Positions 59,404-64,000 of a stretch of DNA of 64,000 nucleotides are shown piece after piece (the first letter of the stretch is position 1; the number at the start of each line of letters is the position of its first letter). The DNA is from Longimicrobiales bacterium. GTDB taxonomy: Bacteria; Gemmatimonadota; Gemmatimonadetes; Longimicrobiales; Gaopeijiaceae. The stretch is from contig OZ241869.1 of assembly GCA_965202805.1 (NCBI GenBank), positions 192,001-256,000 of the forward strand, given 5' to 3'. The notes below the pieces were generated by a model, which ran no database searches, was not told the DNA's origin, and saw only the letters and a program-made list of their open reading frames with translations. The position numbers and the translations under genes are program-made.

Positions 59404-59916
59404 GTGAAAACGACCGGGCAATCCGATTCCGTCTTCGAGCGCCTGCCCGATCAGGCGCGGCTGTGGGTGTTCGGGAGCGAGCATCCCCTCTCCGGGCCGG
59501 CACGCGCCGCGCTGCTCGCGCGCGTGGACGGCTTTCTGTCCCGATGGAAGGCCCATGGTGCTCCCCTGGCCGCCGGGCGGGCATGGCTCCATGACCGGTT
59601 CCTGGCGGTTGCCGTGGACGAGAGCGTGACGCCTCCCTCGGGCTGCTCGATCGACGCCCTGGTGCGCATGCTGAAGGAACTGGAAGCCGAGATCGGGTCC
59701 CGGCTGGTGGACAACACGCCGGTGTACTACCGGTCGCCGCGCGGCGTCGAGCGGGTGAGCCGGGGAGGGTTCAGGAAGCTGGCGGACGCGGGAGAGGTAA
59801 CGCTGGACACCCCCGTGTTCAACAACACCATCACACGGCTGGAGGAGTTCAGGGAAGGGAAATGGGAAGGCCCGGCCCGCCACAGCTGGCAGGGCCGAGC
59901 CTTCTTCCGGGTCTGA
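59404..59916 (+). CDS. Conserved hypothetical protein
   Basis: LPDQARLWVF, WKAHG, AVDE...SGCSID, TPVFNN, SW motifs of a widespread uncharacterised family; host-like codon usage. Confidence 0.7.
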   Translation: MKTTGQSDSVFERLPDQARLWVFGSEHPLSGPARAALLARVDGFLSRWKAHGAPLAAGRAWLHDRFLAVAVDESVTPPSGCSIDALVRMLKELEAEIGSRLVDNTPVYYRSPRGVERVSRGGFRKLADAGEVTLDTPVFNNTITRLEEFREGKWEGPARHSWQGRAFFRV

Positions 59917-59993
59917 GCCGCGGCTCACGGGCAGAAGCCCGGAGCCCGCGGCTGCCTTGTGGGAGAGAGCGCCGGAGCGCTTCCCCCTGTTGG

Positions 59994-60206
59994 TCAGGAC
60001 TCCAGCCGGATCACGTTCTCCGCCGCGGGGCCCTTGGGGCCGTCAACGATGTCGAACTCGACGCGCTCGCCCTCGGTCAGGGAGCGGAAACCGTCTCCCG
60101 AGATGGCCGAGTAGTGGACGAAGCAGTCCTGGTTCCCCCCTTCGGGATCCAGGAATCCATACCCCTTGGCGTCGTTGAACCATTTCACGGTTCCAGTCGT
60201 TCTCAT
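59994..60206 (-). CDS. Cold-shock protein (CspA family)
   Basis: [14 protein letters not shown] (RNP1), CFVHYSAI (RNP2), [10 protein letters not shown]. Confidence 0.96.
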   Translation of the reverse strand: MRTTGTVKWFNDAKGYGFLDPEGGNQDCFVHYSAISGDGFRSLTEGERVEFDIVDGPKGPAAENVIRLES

Positions 60207-60427
60207 GCTACTTCTTCCTCCTGATGACGCGGGACCGGCAGAGGGCGAGAAATTGCCGCAAGCGGCGCGATCCCGACGGTGGTGAGACTAGTGCAAAGGC
60301 CTGTGCGGCGATTGGTTACGGCGGATGATGCGTACGGCAGATGAATCTGAAGCTGCGGATCCGGACACCGGGTCGTGAGTCCCCGGCGAAGCAAACGCGC
60401 GAACGCTACAAGGAGAGGGGCAACTCG

Positions 60428-61480
60428 TCAAGGGACATGATCGGTTGCGGGCGCGACACCGGGGCAGTTGGGGCAGGCGTGGTCAGCTTCTCGCGCGAAA
60501 TGGTGGACCAGGAAGCGGACGGCTTCTCCGTCGGCGTGGATGGATGCACGCCAGGGAACCGGGCCTTCGACGAAGCCGACGTGGCCGCCACCCGGCGCGA
60601 ACGCCGCCACCAGGTGCGGGTTGGCCGCCACCTGCTCATCGGGGATTGCGTCGGGGCTCGCAATGGGATCGTCGCGGCTCTGGATGAGCAACACCGGCAC
60701 CCGGATGCGCGGGAGGAACGGGCGGGCGTCCGACCTGGCGTAGTAGTCGGCGGCGTCGGCGAAGCCGTGCAGCGGAGCCGTGACGGCGTCATCGAACTCG
60801 CGCAGGGTGCGGGCGTGGAGGGCGCGCCCGGTGTCGATGATCCCGTCGAGCATCGTCCGTTTGGCTTCCACCTTCCTCCGCAGCGAACGCAGGAAGTAGT
60901 GGGTGTAGAGACCACCCATGAAGCCGCGGCTGACCCGGTCGCAGGATGCGGCCAGATCGAAGGGTACGCAGATGGTCGCGGCGGCGGTGATCGGGCTGTC
61001 CGCCCCTCTCTCGCCCAGGTACTTGATGATGACGCTTCCCCCCAGGCTGAAGCCGATCGCGCCGATGGGCCGGCCGGGGTAGCGGCGCCGGAGGTGCTCG
61101 GTGACGAAGGCCAGATCGCCCGTCTCCCCGGCGTGGTAGAAGCGTGCCGTCCGGTTCGGTTCTCCCCCGCAGCCGCGGAAGTTCAGGCCCACGCCCCGTA
61201 CGCCGCGGTCGAACAGGCGGCTGAGCACGCCCGCCGCGTAGGGGCGGCGGATGTAGCCTTCCAGGCCGTGAAGCACGAGCGCGATGGGGGCGTCCGGGCC
61301 CGGGTCGGGCGTGAGGTCGAGGTCCACGAAGTCGCCGTCCGGGGTGTCCAGCCGGCGGCGTTCGAGCGGGATCCAGCCGGGAGGGCGGAAGAAAACCCCC
61401 GCAAAGGTCTGGGCGTGCGGGGCCCTCAGCCACCACGGGGGCCGGAACGCGCGCGGCCGGAAGCGCGAGTGGAAGTTCAG
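60428..61480 (-). CDS. YheT-family alpha/beta hydrolase (start uncertain, possibly CTG)
   Basis: FRPPWWL...HAQT, TPDGDFVDL, LHGLEG, FRGC, GFSLGG, FDDAVTAPLHGF, DDP, GGHVGF. Confidence 0.88.
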   Translation of the reverse strand: MNFHSRFRPRAFRPPWWLRAPHAQTFAGVFFRPPGWIPLERRRLDTPDGDFVDLDLTPDPGPDAPIALVLHGLEGYIRRPYAAGVLSRLFDRGVRGVGLNFRGCGGEPNRTARFYHAGETGDLAFVTEHLRRRYPGRPIGAIGFSLGGSVIIKYLGERGADSPITAAATICVPFDLAASCDRVSRGFMGGLYTHYFLRSLRRKVEAKRTMLDGIIDTGRALHARTLREFDDAVTAPLHGFADAADYYARSDARPFLPRIRVPVLLIQSRDDPIASPDAIPDEQVAANPHLVAAFAPGGGHVGFVEGPVPWRASIHADGEAVRFLVHHFAREADHACPNCPGVAPATDHVP

Positions 61481-63912
61481 CGCCCGTTCCCCGGATCCAG
61501 AATCGCCTCGATGCGCACCAGCACGTCGTCGTAGTGGAGCCGGGTCGCCCGGTCGCGGGTGCGCCCGGCGCCCGCGCGCACCTCCCCGGCCAGCGTCGCA
61601 AGCTGTCCGCGCACCGCCGGCACGATGTCCGTGGCAAGGGCGTCCTCGTCCTCCATCAGTTCCGCGAAGCGCTCGAGATGCGCGCGCTGCAGATTGCGCC
61701 TGTAGGTATCCGTGGCCTCGCCGCTCGCAGTCTCCCGCCACACCGCGCCGCGCAGGTCGTCGAGCATCTCGTTGAGCCCGTAAGCCTCCGCGCCGCCGAA
61801 CGCCTCCTGCTCGATCAGGCGCTTCATGCGGTTCACGTCGAGGAGGCGGTTGAGGGCCGAGGCCTGCCAGCCCCCCAGCAGGTCCGGCGCGCCCGATCCC
61901 TGCACGCGGTCGAGGATGTCCGGATCGATCAGCCATGACGGAGTGCGGAAGACCTGCTCGTCCAGATAGGCCATCGCCCGTTCCTGGGCCTCACGCTCGA
62001 CCCGCTCGTAGGGGTAGCCCTCCTGGTCCTGGCTCTTCCGGTTCCAGCGCACCCCGCCGACGTTGGTCAGCACATGGCCCGAGTAGCGGTTCCACTGCGC
62101 GCCGATCTGCTGGTGCAACTCGCGCAATTGCGCGTAGTCCTCGCCCTCCTCGTAGGTCCAGTCGCGCAACGACGAGGCGATGCGCTTCAGGTTGGCGATG
62201 CCCAGTTCCGACGCGCGCATGGCATCGTCGCCGATGGCCTCGGTGAGCGACTCGGGGTCGGCCTGGCTGGGGTCGCCGAAGCGGTACACGGGGTCGTCGC
62301 CCGTGTCCAGGATCCACTTGTGCAGCGTCGGCCGCTCGTCGTCCGGCGAGGCCGCGTCCGGGATGGGCCGGTAGCCCCAGCGGACCGAGTAGATGTCGTA
62401 CGGGCCCACGCGAGGCAGCACGCAGGCGTCGTCTCCGGGCTGCGCCACGTAGTTGAAGCGCGCATAGTCCATGATCGAGGCCGCCGTTCCCATCGAGCAG
62501 GTGAAACTCGTGCGCAGGGAGTCGACCGGGTACGCGGCCGACGACTTCATGTTGTGCGGCAGCCCGATGGTGTGTCCCACCTCGTGCGCGGAGACGAAGC
62601 GGATCAGCTCGCCCATCACCTCGTCCTCGAACTTCACCCCGCGCGCGTTGTCCTCCCTGGCCGCCGTCTGCACCAGGTACCAGTTGCGCAGCAGGTTCAT
62701 CACGTTGTGGTACCACTGGATGTCGCTCTCGAGGATCTCCCCTGTCCGCGGATCGTGGACATGAGGTCCAGACGCGTTCTGGACCGATGAGGCCAGGTAG
62801 CGGATGACCGAATAGCGCGCGTCCTCGGGGCTCCAGTCGGGGTCCTCCTCCGGCGAAGGGGGCTCCCGCCCCTCGATGGCGTTGCTGAATCCCGCGGCCT
62901 CGAACGCCACCTGCCAGTCGTTCACGCCCTGGATGATGTACGGGCGCCACTTCTCCGGCGTGGCCGGGTCCACGTAGTAGACGATGGGCTTCACCGGGTC
63001 GACCAGCTCGCCGCGCGCCCACGCTTCCGGATCGGAGGGCTCGAGGCGCCAGCGGGTGATGAAGCGCTCCTGCTCGGCGCGCTGCTCGTCCAGCGCGTAG
63101 TTGGTGCGGGTCACCGAGAAGTAGCCGACCCGCTCGTCCCACAGGCGCGGCTGCATGGGCTCGTCGGGGAGCAGCAGCATCGAGTGGTTCATCTCGAGCG
63201 AGAGGGTGTTCGACTCGGTGTCCGAAGGAGCCTCGGTGGCCTGGTAGGTCACCACCCGCCGCACCTCGAGGTTGCGCGGAAAGCTGCGCACCGACTCGAT
63301 GAAGGTGCGGTCGCCGTCGAGGTTGCGAACCTCGTAGGCCTCTCGCCGCTGCGGACGAATGCCGAGGAGCGGCACGTCGCTCTCGAACAGGTCGTTGACC
63401 TGGATGACGACCGCCGACGAGTCCTCGGACAGCGTCTCGATGTCGAAGACGTGGATGACCGGCTCGAAGTTGGAGTTGAGCACCGACGGATAGATGGTGC
63501 TCTCCGGGTCCGCGTAGTTCTCGTGGCTCACCTGGCGGAGCAGCACCTGATCGCCGCGCCGCTGCCAGCGCACCACCGCGGTCCCCTCCTTGGCGCCGCC
63601 CCAGCCCACGTTCTCCGCGGTGCGGGAGATGCGCGAAACCACCAGCATTTCCCGCCCCAACTGTTCGACGGGGATCTCGTAGAAGAAGTCGGTATCCAGC
63701 TGGTGGACGGCGAACAGGCCGTCGTCGCTGGCGGCCTCGGCGGTGATGACCTCGGCGTACGGCGGCATGGCGTCGTCGTCCCGGTCGGGCTGCGCCGGCG
63801 AGGGAGCGGGGCCGGGATCCGCGCGCCCGCCGGCGCAGGCGGCCAGGACGAGCGGAGCGAGCAGGAGGGAGAGGCGGCGAGCCGGATGAACGGGTGTGTC
63901 AGAGCGTTTCAT
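61477..63912 (-). CDS. Zinc-dependent metalloprotease lipoprotein (DUF5117/DUF4953, EcxA-like)
   Basis: LAAC lipobox, LLPDEPMQPR...RVGYF, KPIVYY, DPRTGEI, HEVGHTIGLPHN, SIMDY, YDIYSVRWGY. Confidence 0.9.
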   Translation of the reverse strand: MKRSDTPVHPARRLSLLLAPLVLAACAGGRADPGPAPSPAQPDRDDDAMPPYAEVITAEAASDDGLFAVHQLDTDFFYEIPVEQLGREMLVVSRISRTAENVGWGGAKEGTAVVRWQRRGDQVLLRQVSHENYADPESTIYPSVLNSNFEPVIHVFDIETLSEDSSAVVIQVNDLFESDVPLLGIRPQRREAYEVRNLDGDRTFIESVRSFPRNLEVRRVVTYQATEAPSDTESNTLSLEMNHSMLLLPDEPMQPRLWDERVGYFSVTRTNYALDEQRAEQERFITRWRLEPSDPEAWARGELVDPVKPIVYYVDPATPEKWRPYIIQGVNDWQVAFEAAGFSNAIEGREPPSPEEDPDWSPEDARYSVIRYLASSVQNASGPHVHDPRTGEILESDIQWYHNVMNLLRNWYLVQTAAREDNARGVKFEDEVMGELIRFVSAHEVGHTIGLPHNMKSSAAYPVDSLRTSFTCSMGTAASIMDYARFNYVAQPGDDACVLPRVGPYDIYSVRWGYRPIPDAASPDDERPTLHKWILDTGDDPVYRFGDPSQADPESLTEAIGDDAMRASELGIANLKRIASSLRDWTYEEGEDYAQLRELHQQIGAQWNRYSGHVLTNVGGVRWNRKSQDQEGYPYERVEREAQERAMAYLDEQVFRTPSWLIDPDILDRVQGSGAPDLLGGWQASALNRLLDVNRMKRLIEQEAFGGAEAYGLNEMLDDLRGAVWRETASGEATDTYRRNLQRAHLERFAELMEDEDALATDIVPAVRGQLATLAGEVRAGAGRTRDRATRLHYDDVLVRIEAILDPGNGR

Positions 63913-64000
63913 GGGACATCTCCCGCAGCAAATTCTGGGTGACGGGGGTCTACCAGCGTGGCGGGGCTTCTTTCTGTTGCCACCAGCCCGCCCGGAAGGT

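Noticed and set aside
59404..59916. Calling this gene an ABC transporter ATPase
   Set aside because: No Walker A/B or signature motif.

Overview
GC-rich bacterial chromosome segment. Gene content and order (secD-secF-tatD-mutL-miaA-uppP-birA-coaX; CIRCE-groES-groEL-thrS; a SusC/SusD pair; many Ig-like lipoproteins, PD40 propeller enzymes and plant-type LRRs) suggest a Gemmatimonadota-like, possibly host-associated organism; that assignment is an inference. I found no rRNA, tRNA, CRISPR array, transposase, integrase or reverse transcriptase. The most notable accessory feature is a family of five surface lipoproteins sharing a lipobox, Pro linker and Ig-like (Big_2) stalk. Four carry different zinc-metalloprotease tips and one has no tip. 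Three sit in a tandem array (47448-55832) with ~760 bp near-identical stalks, a repeated junction, a decayed paralog remnant and a truncated DinB gene at the left edge, consistent with tip shuffling by recombination. Other oddities: a synonymously AT-rich patch inside a VPS10-like gene, an S9 peptidase apparently lacking its catalytic Asp/His, two plug-only TonB-receptor-like lipoproteins, a beta-barrel/DUF6384/coiled-coil operon, palindromes upstream of lone Fic, AlbA and AAA genes, and a frameshifted amidohydrolase. All family assignments come from motif recognition by eye, not database searches, and start codons are best estimates.
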